From the NCBI RefSeq assembly GCF_001457595.1, contig NZ_LN831039.1, positions 2,940,001 to 2,972,000 of the forward strand: a stretch of DNA of 32,000 nucleotides, given 5' to 3'. This document shows, piece by piece, positions 13,832-22,267 of the stretch (position 1 is the first letter of the stretch; each line of letters begins with the position of its first letter). The position numbers were made by a program, and so were the translations under genes. The stretch is from Mycolicibacterium smegmatis. GTDB taxonomy: Bacteria; Actinomycetota; Actinomycetes; Mycobacteriales; Mycobacteriaceae. The notes under the pieces were generated by a model, which was given only the letters and a program-made list of their open reading frames with translations, was not told the origin of the DNA and ran no database searches.

Positions 13832-14823
13832 CGGCTCTGCGCCGGGTCTGGCAGTACGCACTGGTGTTGTGGGCGGCGGTGACGCTGAACTTCGCGCTGC
13901 CGCACCTGGCGCCAGGGGACCCGGTCGTCTATCTGTACGGCGGTGCCGACCAGTCGCTCGACCCGGCACTCCTCGACGAGATCCGCACGAGTTACGGACT
14001 GGACCGGCCGATCCTCGACCAGTACGTCTCGTTCTGGGCCGGCCTGCTGCGCGGCGATCTGGGACTGTCGGTGCAGCACAACCGCCCGGTGATCGACGTT
14101 CTGGCCGACAAGCTGCCGTGGACGTTGGCGTTGGTCGGCTTGGCGACGCTGCTGGCGTTCGTGATCGGGGCCCTGCTCGGTACGTGGGTGGCGTGGCGGC
14201 GTGGCACCGCGAAAGAAACCGGCACGGTCACCACGGTGCTGGCGTTCGACTCGATGCCCGGGTTCTGGATCGGCATGATCCTCATCGCGATCTTCTCCGT
14301 CAGCCTGGGATGGTTCCCGTCCTACGGCGCCACGACCATCACCGCAACCGGTGCCGACCGGCTCACCGAGGTGGTGTCCCGAATGGTGTTGCCGCTGGCG
14401 ACATTGACCATCGCCAGTGTCGGCGCATTCTTCATGATGACCAGGGCCTCGATGAGCAGTGTGCTGGACGAATCGTTCGTGCGGCTCGCTCGCGCCAAGG
14501 GGCTCGGTGAAATCCGGATCGCCGTCGGGCACGCGCTGCGCAACGCGATGTTGCCCGTGTACACCACGCTCACACTCACCCTGGGGGCCATGCTGTCCGG
14601 CGCTGTGGTCGTCGAGACCGTGTTCGCCTATCCGGGGCTGGGCAAGCTCATCTTCGATGCGGTCACCGCGCGTGACTATCCGTTGTTGCAGGGCGCGTTC
14701 CTGCTCGCCACCGTGGGGATCGTCGCAGCGAACCTGGTGGCCGACCTCACCTATCCCTGGCTCGATCCGCGGGTGCGTCGTGGCCGGCCCGCGCCGAAAC
14801 ATGTTGGGGCGGTGAGCGGATGA
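13828..14823 (+). CDS. ABC transporter permease (DppB/OppB-like)
   Basis: MTALRRVWQYALVLWAAVTLNFALPHLAPGDP... is a typical BPD_transp_1 permease. I chose ATG 13828 because it overlaps the SBP stop (ATGA). Multiple TM segments are present. Confidence 0.85.
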   Translation: MTALRRVWQYALVLWAAVTLNFALPHLAPGDPVVYLYGGADQSLDPALLDEIRTSYGLDRPILDQYVSFWAGLLRGDLGLSVQHNRPVIDVLADKLPWTLALVGLATLLAFVIGALLGTWVAWRRGTAKETGTVTTVLAFDSMPGFWIGMILIAIFSVSLGWFPSYGATTITATGADRLTEVVSRMVLPLATLTIASVGAFFMMTRASMSSVLDESFVRLARAKGLGEIRIAVGHALRNAMLPVYTTLTLTLGAMLSGAVVVETVFAYPGLGKLIFDAVTARDYPLLQGAFLLATVGIVAANLVADLTYPWLDPRVRRGRPAPKHVGAVSG

Positions 14824-16511
14824 GAAACATGAGGCTCGTCGGAGTGCGGCACCGCTCGCAGCGCATCGCCACGATCGGTTCGGCGATCCTCGGCGTGCTG
14901 GTGGTCTCGGCGCTCGCCGCGCCGTGGCTGGCGCCCTATGATCCCGCCGTACGGGTCACCCGGCCGTTCGCGACGCCGTCCTCCGCGCACTGGCTGGGCG
15001 CCGACGACGTCGGTCATGACCTTCTCTCGATGCTCATCCACGGCGCCCGTATCTCGCTGTTCGTCGGCATCACCGCCGCGATCGCGGCCACCGTGATCGG
15101 CACGCTCGTCGGGATTCTCGCCGGTTATGTGCGCGGTGTGCTCGACACGATCCTCATGCGGATCGTCGATGTCGTGCTGGCCATGCCGGTCCTGCCGTTG
15201 ACCATCGTGATCGGCGTCTTCGCCGGCCCAGGGCTGCGCACCCAGGTGATGGTCATCGCGGGCGTCCTGTGGGCGGGCCTGGCGCGCGAATTGCGCGCTC
15301 AGGTGTTGACGCTGCGCGAGCGCGATCACATCCAGGCCGAACGTGCGATGGGTGCGGGGGCCTTCTACGTGCTGCGGCGCCACATCACACCTGCCGTGAT
15401 ACCGCTCGTCGTGCCACAATTCGTGCTCACCGTCAAGACCGCGATCCTGCTCGAGGCGGCACTGGCGTTCCTGGGCCTGGGCGACATCTCGGCGGCCAGC
15501 TGGGGGTCGATGCTGTCGATGGCGCACGCGCGCAACGCTTTCCTGACCGATGCCTGGCTGTGGTGGGTGGTGCCGCCGGGGCTTGCCATCGCCGTCACGG
15601 TGCTGTCCTTCGCCTTACTGGGCAATTCGATCGAGGATCGCGCGCGGCCGATCCTGCGCCGGCCTTCCCGCCGGCCCACGGCTGCGCCGACCGGGCAGGA
15701 CCACGATGCCGGGCACGACCCGCTGGTGATCGACGGGCTCACCGTGGTCTACGGCGAGCAAGAGCGTGTCGGCGCCGCCGACGTCAGCTTCACCGTGGCC
15801 GCCGGTGAGATCGTCGGCCTGGTGGGGGAATCGGGCAGCGGTAAGTCCACCGTCGCCGCGGCAGCCATCGGACTGCTCCCCGCCGCGGCGCGCGTCGCGG
15901 CCGGTCGGGTCCTGGTGGATGGCCGCGATGTCGCGGCGATGTCCGGGGCCGATCTGCGTGCCATGCGCGGTAACCGGATCGCACTCATCCCACAGGAGGC
16001 GCTGGGCGCGTTGAACCCGGTGCGCACCATCGGATCTCAGATCGACGAAGCCGTCCTGGTCCACCGGTCGTGCGGCCGCGACGCCGCACGGGCACGCACC
16101 TTGGACCTGTTGGCCCAGGTGGGTCTCGACGGCGATCTGGCCGACGCGTACCCGCACCAGTTGTCCGGCGGTATGCGCCAGCGCGTCGTGATCGCGATGG
16201 CGCTGGCCAACGATCCGGACGTGCTGATCGCCGATGAACCCACGAGCGGACTCGACGTACTCAGCGAGGCCGAGGTGCTGAGGCTGCTCGACCGGCTGCG
16301 CACCAGGCATTCGCTGGCTCTGCTGATCGTCAGCCACAATCTGCCGGTCATCGAACGGATCGCCGACCGTGTCGCGGTGATGAAGGACGGTGCCCTCGTC
16401 GAGATCGGCCCCACCGCACTGGTCACCGAATCCCCGCAGCACCCCTACACTCGCAGGCTCGTCGAGTCCGCACCTCGGCTTGCCCCCGCCCTGCAGGGGG
16501 CCACCCGATGA
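14820..16511 (+). CDS. Fused ABC permease (DppC-like) / ATP-binding (DppD-like) protein
   Basis: 563 aa. The N-terminal half is hydrophobic (APWLAPYDP..., [14 protein letters not shown]). The C-terminal half carries Walker [10 protein letters not shown], signature LSGGMRQR and Walker [12 protein letters not shown]. There are ATGA overlaps at both ends. Confidence 0.9.
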   Translation: MRNMRLVGVRHRSQRIATIGSAILGVLVVSALAAPWLAPYDPAVRVTRPFATPSSAHWLGADDVGHDLLSMLIHGARISLFVGITAAIAATVIGTLVGILAGYVRGVLDTILMRIVDVVLAMPVLPLTIVIGVFAGPGLRTQVMVIAGVLWAGLARELRAQVLTLRERDHIQAERAMGAGAFYVLRRHITPAVIPLVVPQFVLTVKTAILLEAALAFLGLGDISAASWGSMLSMAHARNAFLTDAWLWWVVPPGLAIAVTVLSFALLGNSIEDRARPILRRPSRRPTAAPTGQDHDAGHDPLVIDGLTVVYGEQERVGAADVSFTVAAGEIVGLVGESGSGKSTVAAAAIGLLPAAARVAAGRVLVDGRDVAAMSGADLRAMRGNRIALIPQEALGALNPVRTIGSQIDEAVLVHRSCGRDAARARTLDLLAQVGLDGDLADAYPHQLSGGMRQRVVIAMALANDPDVLIADEPTSGLDVLSEAEVLRLLDRLRTRHSLALLIVSHNLPVIERIADRVAVMKDGALVEIGPTALVTESPQHPYTRRLVESAPRLAPALQGATR

Positions 16512-17299
16512 GCGTGCTGCTCGACATCGACGCGGTGTCCGTGACGTTCGACGGGGTCCCGGCCGTCACGGACGTGACCCTGCGCGTGGGCGCGGGCGAA
16601 ACCGTGGCTCTCGTCGGAGGGTCGGGCGCAGGGAAATCCACGTTGGCCCGAGCCGTCGCCGGTCTGGTCACGCCGACGTCGGGATGCATCCGGTTCGACG
16701 GTGTGGACCTGACCACCGCAGACAGGTTCCGCAGGCGCGCGGCGCGGCGCGGCATGCACCTGGTGTTCCAGGACCCCTACGCCTCGCTTCCGCCCAACCT
16801 GCGGGTCGGCGACATCGTCGCCGAGCCGCAGCTGATCCACCGGCAGGGTGACCGCGAGAGCCGTCGCGCGGCCGCGCTGGAGGCGCTGGAACGTGTGCGA
16901 CTGAGCCCGGCCGAGGATTACGCCCAGCGCTTCCCACACGAACTGTCCGGTGGCCAGCGCCAACGCGTCGCGTTCGCGCGCGCATTGGTCACCGCGCCGC
17001 GGCTGCTGCTCGCCGACGAACCCGCCAGCGGGCTCGACGCGTCGCTGCGCGTCGAGATCGTGGACCTGATGACCGAACTGGCCACCACGACGGGGATGGC
17101 GGTGGTGCACATCACCCACGATCTGGCACTGGCAGCGCGCAGCTGCGACCGCACGGTTGTCATGTGCGACGGACGCATCGTCGAATCCGGGCCCACCGCA
17201 CGGGTTCTCGCCACACCCACCCACGAGTATGCCGCAGCACTGGTCTCGGCCGCGGCGGGAAATCATGAAAAGCTCTACCACTCAGGAGGATTGATTTGA
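16508..17299 (+). CDS. ABC transporter ATP-binding protein (DppF-like)
   Basis: It carries Walker A GGSGAGKST, signature LSGGQRQR and Walker B LLLADEPASGLD. 263 aa. Confidence 0.9.
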   Translation: MSVLLDIDAVSVTFDGVPAVTDVTLRVGAGETVALVGGSGAGKSTLARAVAGLVTPTSGCIRFDGVDLTTADRFRRRAARRGMHLVFQDPYASLPPNLRVGDIVAEPQLIHRQGDRESRRAAALEALERVRLSPAEDYAQRFPHELSGGQRQRVAFARALVTAPRLLLADEPASGLDASLRVEIVDLMTELATTTGMAVVHITHDLALAARSCDRTVVMCDGRIVESGPTARVLATPTHEYAAALVSAAAGNHEKLYHSGGLI

Positions 17300-17799
17300 C
17301 GCTCGAGGTCATCGAGAACGGGACGGTCATCGATTTCACCGTCGCCGACATCATGAAGTACCACGGTCCCGGCTTTCCCGGCGGTGTCGCACACGCGGTC
17401 AAGGTGCTCGAGCGGGCGTTGCCGGTGCTCAGTCCCGACGGCCCCGCCGAACGTCGCGAGATCGTCGTCGCCACGGCGCATCGCGGCCCCGGAGTGCGCG
17501 ACACATTCGAGGCGGTCACCCGCGCGGTCACCGAGGGACACTTCACGGTGGACGCAAAGCTGGAGCGCACCGACCGCGGCGCCACCCTGGAGCGCTACGT
17601 CTTCGAGCTGAGCTACCGAGGCACGGTGGTGCGCCTCGAAATCCGGGAGGGATTCGTCGTCGACGAGTTCATCGCACTCGCCCGCAGAACGGACCGTACT
17701 TCCGAAGAGGAACAACGGCTGACCGTGCTCAAGCAGGAAATGGCCGATCGACTGCTGGCCGCGCCGGCGGACGAGGTGTACGACATCGTCGCGTCATAG
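17296..17799 (+). CDS. Hypothetical protein (167 aa), operon-coupled to the ABC importer
   Basis: TTG 17296 overlaps the upstream TGA and sits 5 nt after a strong AGGAGGA Shine-Dalgarno (17285-17291). GC3 is good. The segment KYHGPGFPGGVAHAVKVLERAL faintly recalls the FmdE/FwdE HGH-CPG segment but lacks the Cys. I have no confident family. Confidence 0.6.
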   Translation: MTLEVIENGTVIDFTVADIMKYHGPGFPGGVAHAVKVLERALPVLSPDGPAERREIVVATAHRGPGVRDTFEAVTRAVTEGHFTVDAKLERTDRGATLERYVFELSYRGTVVRLEIREGFVVDEFIALARRTDRTSEEEQRLTVLKQEMADRLLAAPADEVYDIVAS

Positions 17800-17817
17800 C
17801 CTGCCTCCCGCCGCCCG

Positions 17818-18459
17818 TTGACACCCGAGACTTGGAAAGAGACTGTGCCAGAAACCTGTTCACCGACAATCGCCCCGGTGTTGCACATCACGATGGGGTC
17901 CCACCACCCAGCGGGCGCACCGGGCTCGGATCCCAGACTGGGTGAGGTCGACATCTATCGACTTCCGGACACCGACCTGCGCGACGTGCGCGGGCTGATC
18001 ACCTGCGCGGGTGCCGACCAGATCTTCCTCGAACGCAACCGCGAACTGCTCACCGGCTTCGTCCGCGCCGGCGGGCGGGTTGCGGTGATGGGGCATCCGG
18101 TCACCGATTTCCTTCCCGGGCTCGGGGTTTGGCGCGAGCTCGACTACACGGGGCCCAAGGACCTCCAGATCAGCCTGGGCGATCCGCATCCGGTATGGGC
18201 TGGTATCGACCCCGTCGATCTCAGTGTCCGCAAGGGCGTCACCGGTTTCTACTCCCGCGGCTACGTCGACAAGCTGCCTCCGGACGCTGTGATCACGACC
18301 CGGATCGGGCGGCACGCGCTGCCGTTGGACTACGTGTATCCGCTCGGCGCGGGGCAGGTCCTGGTGCACAGCGGTAACGATCTGATCAATTGGGAGGGCG
18401 ACGCGAACACGGCCGCGCGGATGACCCCGCAACTCATCGACTGGCTGGTGGCACGATGA
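17818..18459 (+). CDS. Hypothetical protein, paralogue 1 of a tandem pair (possible class-I glutamine-amidotransferase-like fold)
   Basis: It aligns by eye with the next gene: PVLHITMGSHH / LAIVHSGSYAH; YRLPDTDLRDVRGLI / YLPDLDDGALDGYDTVIV; GGRVAVMGHPVTDFLPGLGVW / GGTLVVLGENQVHTWLPGIEW. The first of these blocks supports the long TTG 17818 start over ATG 17893. Confidence 0.55.
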   Translation: MTPETWKETVPETCSPTIAPVLHITMGSHHPAGAPGSDPRLGEVDIYRLPDTDLRDVRGLITCAGADQIFLERNRELLTGFVRAGGRVAVMGHPVTDFLPGLGVWRELDYTGPKDLQISLGDPHPVWAGIDPVDLSVRKGVTGFYSRGYVDKLPPDAVITTRIGRHALPLDYVYPLGAGQVLVHSGNDLINWEGDANTAARMTPQLIDWLVAR

Positions 18460-19157
18460 CAAAACCCGAACCGTTCTCCCGGAACGACCTGGCGCCGCAA
18501 CGCGGGCGCCGGCTGGCGATCGTGCACAGCGGCTCGTATGCCCACCTGTACGCGATGAAGGATCCGGCGGTGCTGGCCTACCAGCCGGACTTCGTCTACC
18601 TGCCAGACCTCGACGACGGGGCGCTCGACGGGTACGACACCGTCATCGTGGGTGATCGGATGCACCCCGACCTCCTTGCCCGTCACGCCCCTCGGTTCCA
18701 CGCGGTGTCCGAACGCGGAGGCACCCTCGTGGTGCTCGGCGAGAACCAGGTGCACACCTGGTTGCCCGGGATCGAGTGGGAGCATCGACCGACGAACTTC
18801 TGGTGGTGGGTCAGCGGTGAGGACCCCCTGATCCGCACCCGCAGCCACGAGCACGAGGCCTGGCGGTACCTGACGACGAAAGCGGTGATCTGGCACCACC
18901 ACGGCCTGCTCCGGCCGGCCGCCGACGTGGTGCCGTTGCTGGTGTCGGAGGAACCCGACGCCGACGGCAGGCCACACGACGCGGGGATGCTGCTGTACGA
19001 GGACACCGTGAGCACTGCGGGACGGTTGATCGTGACGACCCTGGACCCCATGCATCACCACGGCAGCCGGTTCATGAGCGGTGCGACCCGGTTTCTCTAC
19101 GCTCTGCTGCGGTGGACCGACCAGACCTCGCCCAGCCTGGTGCGCGAAGGGCGCTGA
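18456..19157 (+). CDS. Hypothetical protein, paralogue 2 of the tandem pair
   Basis: ATG 18456 overlaps the upstream stop (ATGA). 233 aa. Its His-rich segments (VIWHHHG, DPMHHHG) are absent from paralogue 1. Confidence 0.6.
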   Translation: MTKPEPFSRNDLAPQRGRRLAIVHSGSYAHLYAMKDPAVLAYQPDFVYLPDLDDGALDGYDTVIVGDRMHPDLLARHAPRFHAVSERGGTLVVLGENQVHTWLPGIEWEHRPTNFWWWVSGEDPLIRTRSHEHEAWRYLTTKAVIWHHHGLLRPAADVVPLLVSEEPDADGRPHDAGMLLYEDTVSTAGRLIVTTLDPMHHHGSRFMSGATRFLYALLRWTDQTSPSLVREGR

Positions 19158-19315
19158 CAGGCCGGACGTCTCTGTGAGGTTCCTTCGGTGTTCGGCCGGC
19201 ACGGTTTCAGCTGCCCGTCACGGGGTAAGCGCCATCCACGGGGCACATCCGGTGGTGCGTTCCGACATCGCGATCACCGTGACTGCCCGCCTCGCGACAG
19301 GGCAGGAGCACGACC

Positions 19316-21703
19316 ATGGCTCGCACAGACCGGATCTCGGATCCGTGGGGCTCCAGGACGCCGTACGCGGCCGGTGAACCGTGGCCGCAACGTGTCGATC
19401 GATACCTCACGCCGGGCCTCACCGACGACGACGTCGACAGGTGGGTGCAGTCGGCCGCGGTGCTGCACTCCAACGGCGACGGGCTCGACATCGCGGTCAA
19501 GGACGGACGCATCGTCGGCGTGCGCGGCCGGGCGGACGACCGGGTCAACCACGGCCGCCTCGACCCCAAGGACCTGTTCGGCTGGCAGGCCAACCACTCG
19601 GGAGACCGGCTGCGCACACCCCTGGTCCGGCAGAACGGGCTACTCGTCGAATCCGACTGGGACACCGCGATGGACCGCATCGTCGCCCGCAGCCGGCAGT
19701 TGCTCGACGAGCGCGGACCGAACTCGATCGGGTTCTACACCTCGGGGCAGCTGTTCCTGGAGGAGTACTACACGCAGTGCGTGATCGCGCACGGAGCGAT
19801 CGGCACCAACCACGTCGACGGCAACACCCGGCTGTGCACCGCGACGGCGGCCGAGGCGCTCAAGGAATCGTTCGGCTGCGACGGCCAACCCGGCTCGTAC
19901 GCCGATGTCGACCATGCCGACGTCATCGCGCTCTACGGCCACAACGTCGCCGAAACCCAGACGGTGCTGTGGATGCGCATGCTCGATCGCCTCGCCGGGC
20001 CGAACCCGCCTGCGATCGTGTGCGTGGACCCACGCCCCACTCCCGTCGCGCGGCACGCCGCCGTGCACCTCGCGCCGCTACCCGGAACCAACGTCGCACT
20101 GATGAACGGCCTGCTGCACGAGATCCTCGATCACGACTGGGTGGACCACGACTACATCGAGGCGCACACCGTCGGCTTCGACGAACTCCGCAAGCGGGTC
20201 GCCGAGTTCCCTCCCGAGCGCGTCGCCGAGATCTGCGGGGTCGGTGCCGACGACGTCCGACGCGCCGGTGAACTGATCGGCACGGCCGAGCGGCTGCTGT
20301 CGACCGTGCTGCAGGGGTTCTACCAATCGCATCAGGCCACCGCGGCCGCGGTACAGGTGAACAACATCCACCTGGTGCGCGGCATGCTCGGGAGACCCGG
20401 CTGCGGCCTGCTGCAGATGAACGGACAGCCCACGGCCGAGAACACCCGCGAGTGCGGCGCCGACGGCGACCTCGCCGGATTCCGCAACTGGGCCAACGAT
20501 TCCCACATCGAGCAACTCGCGGCGCTGTGGAATCTGGACGCCACGACCATCCCGCACTACGCGCCGCCCACGCATGCCATGCAGATGTTCCGCTACGCCG
20601 AAGAGGGATCGCTGCGGATGTTGTGGGTCAGCGCCACCAACCCCGCGGTGTCCCTACCGGAACTGGGCCGCATCCGCCGGATCCTGTCGCAGGACCGGCT
20701 GTTCTTGGTGGTGCAGGATCTGTTCCTCACCGAGACCGCGCAACTCGCCGACGTGGTGCTGCCCGCCGCGGCGTGGGCCGAGAAGACCGGCACGTTCACC
20801 AATGCCGATCGGACCGTGCATATTTCGGACAAGGCGGTCGACCCGCCCGGGCAGGCCCGGTCCGACTTCGACATCTTCCTCGACTACGCCCGCCGGATGG
20901 ACTTCCGCGACAGGGACGGCCGACCGCTGCCTGCGTGGAATACCCCGGATGAGGCCTTCGAGGCGTGGAAACGGTGCAGCGCCGGGCGACCGTGCGACTA
21001 CACCGGGCTGTCCTACGAGAAGTTGCGTGGTAGCGGCGGAATCCAATGGCCCTGCAACGCTGAGCATCCCGACGGCGTTGAGCGTCTGTACGCCGGCGGG
21101 GAGTTCTTCGCCGCACCGGACTACTGCGAGGCGTACGGCAAGGATCTGATCACCGGCGCTCCGCTGGAGCCCACCGAGTATCGGGCCATGAACCCGTTCG
21201 GCAAGGCCATCATCAAGGCTGCCGAGTACGTGCCGCCGCACGAACGTCCGTCGGCCGAGTATCCGTACGTGTTGATCACGGGCCGCACGGTGTACCACTT
21301 CCACACCCGCACCAAGACGGGCCGCACACCGCAACTGCAGGCGGCCGCGCCCGAGGTCTGGGTGGAGTTGGCGCGTGCCGACGCGCTCCGCGCCGGGATC
21401 GTCGAAGGGGACCTGGTCGAGATCCGGACGGTGCGCGGCTGTGTGACGGCCGCCGCGCGCCTGACCGACCTGCGCCGCGGGGTGGTGTTCCTGCCGTTCC
21501 ATTACGGCTACTGGGACACGGGCGACGACGGCGGGAAGGACGGCCACCACCGCGCCGCCAACGAGTTGACGCTCACAGACTGGGACCCGGTGTCCAAGCA
21601 ACCCATCTTCAAGACCGCGGCCGCGTCGGTGCGACGCATCGGTGCCGGCATGGCGGCCACCCCCGAACCCGTGGCCCACGCGGTCGCCGACGAACACCTC
21701 TGA
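19316..21703 (+). CDS. Molybdopterin (MopB superfamily) oxidoreductase lacking the N-terminal 4Fe-4S cysteine motif
   Basis: 795 aa. It has typical MopB blocks (IGFYTSGQLFLEEYY, NTRLCTATAAEALKESFG, ADVIALYGHNVAETQ, VVQDLFLTETAQLADVVLPAAAWAEKTGTFTNADR, LITGRTVYHFHTRTKTG, and a C-terminal molybdopterin dinucleotide-binding region GDLVEIRTVRG). An AGGAG Shine-Dalgarno lies 7 nt upstream of the ATG. Confidence 0.85.
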   Translation: MARTDRISDPWGSRTPYAAGEPWPQRVDRYLTPGLTDDDVDRWVQSAAVLHSNGDGLDIAVKDGRIVGVRGRADDRVNHGRLDPKDLFGWQANHSGDRLRTPLVRQNGLLVESDWDTAMDRIVARSRQLLDERGPNSIGFYTSGQLFLEEYYTQCVIAHGAIGTNHVDGNTRLCTATAAEALKESFGCDGQPGSYADVDHADVIALYGHNVAETQTVLWMRMLDRLAGPNPPAIVCVDPRPTPVARHAAVHLAPLPGTNVALMNGLLHEILDHDWVDHDYIEAHTVGFDELRKRVAEFPPERVAEICGVGADDVRRAGELIGTAERLLSTVLQGFYQSHQATAAAVQVNNIHLVRGMLGRPGCGLLQMNGQPTAENTRECGADGDLAGFRNWANDSHIEQLAALWNLDATTIPHYAPPTHAMQMFRYAEEGSLRMLWVSATNPAVSLPELGRIRRILSQDRLFLVVQDLFLTETAQLADVVLPAAAWAEKTGTFTNADRTVHISDKAVDPPGQARSDFDIFLDYARRMDFRDRDGRPLPAWNTPDEAFEAWKRCSAGRPCDYTGLSYEKLRGSGGIQWPCNAEHPDGVERLYAGGEFFAAPDYCEAYGKDLITGAPLEPTEYRAMNPFGKAIIKAAEYVPPHERPSAEYPYVLITGRTVYHFHTRTKTGRTPQLQAAAPEVWVELARADALRAGIVEGDLVEIRTVRGCVTAAARLTDLRRGVVFLPFHYGYWDTGDDGGKDGHHRAANELTLTDWDPVSKQPIFKTAAASVRRIGAGMAATPEPVAHAVADEHL

Positions 21704-21714
21704 GAGGGCCGATC

Positions 21715-22197
21715 ATGACCAAGCTCGCGCTGCCGATCGTCCAGCTGCACCGCAGCGAGCGCCACCTCGCGCACGCGCTGCGGGCGATCGCCGCCCGCCA
21801 CCACAGCGACCAGGACATCTGCCATCTCGCACGCGATCTCGCGGGCTGGTGTGACGAGCATGTCGAACTTCTGGCGCGGCACGGCCGTCGCTACCACGTG
21901 CGGCTGCCCGCCGGGCCGCGTCGCATCCACGCCCGGCGATGGATCCAGGAAAAGCTCAGCGATGCGCTGAACACGAGGCCGGAGCCCGCCCTGCTGCTCC
22001 TGGCCGATCTACGGCGTGTCCACCGCATCGCCGCGGGCGTGTCGCTGGACTGGGAACTGCTCGCCCAGGGCGCGCAGGCCACCAGGGACGACCAGCTGCT
22101 GGCGTTGACCCAGCAGTGCCACCCGCAGTCGCTACGGCAGATGCGCTGGGCGAATGCCATGCTCAAGGAGCTCTCGCCGCAGGCCCTGGCGGTGTGA
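21715..22197 (+). CDS. Hypothetical helical protein (160 aa) downstream of the molybdoenzyme
   Basis: It starts 11 nt after the oxidoreductase stop, with GAGGG upstream. It is His/Arg-rich and predicted helical. I recognised no family. Confidence 0.55.
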   Translation: MTKLALPIVQLHRSERHLAHALRAIAARHHSDQDICHLARDLAGWCDEHVELLARHGRRYHVRLPAGPRRIHARRWIQEKLSDALNTRPEPALLLLADLRRVHRIAAGVSLDWELLAQGAQATRDDQLLALTQQCHPQSLRQMRWANAMLKELSPQALAV

Positions 22198-22267
22198 CCG
22201 CGAGCGTGACGGACACACAGCCGCCGTGACGCGGCGTTGTCGGCCGCATTCGGTAGGGTCCTCCGAC

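Noticed and set aside
12134-13969. 611-aa minus-strand ORF. Similar long antisense ORFs occur at 13750..14802, 15615..16442, 16445..17281, 18330..19202, 20654..21697, 22163..23425, 23462..24376, 26763..28214 and 28436..29602.
   Set aside because: All lie antisense to genes with clear family motifs. They are rich in Arg/Gly/His/Pro and lack recognisable domains. Such stop-free shadow frames are typical of ~68% GC DNA.
19283-19308. Hairpin CTGCCC-11 nt-GGGCAG whose 3' arm overlaps the AGGAG Shine-Dalgarno of the molybdoenzyme gene; considered as a riboswitch or translational control element
   Set aside because: The stem is only 6 bp. I saw no Moco-riboswitch-like conserved elements, and such hairpins are frequent in GC-rich leaders.
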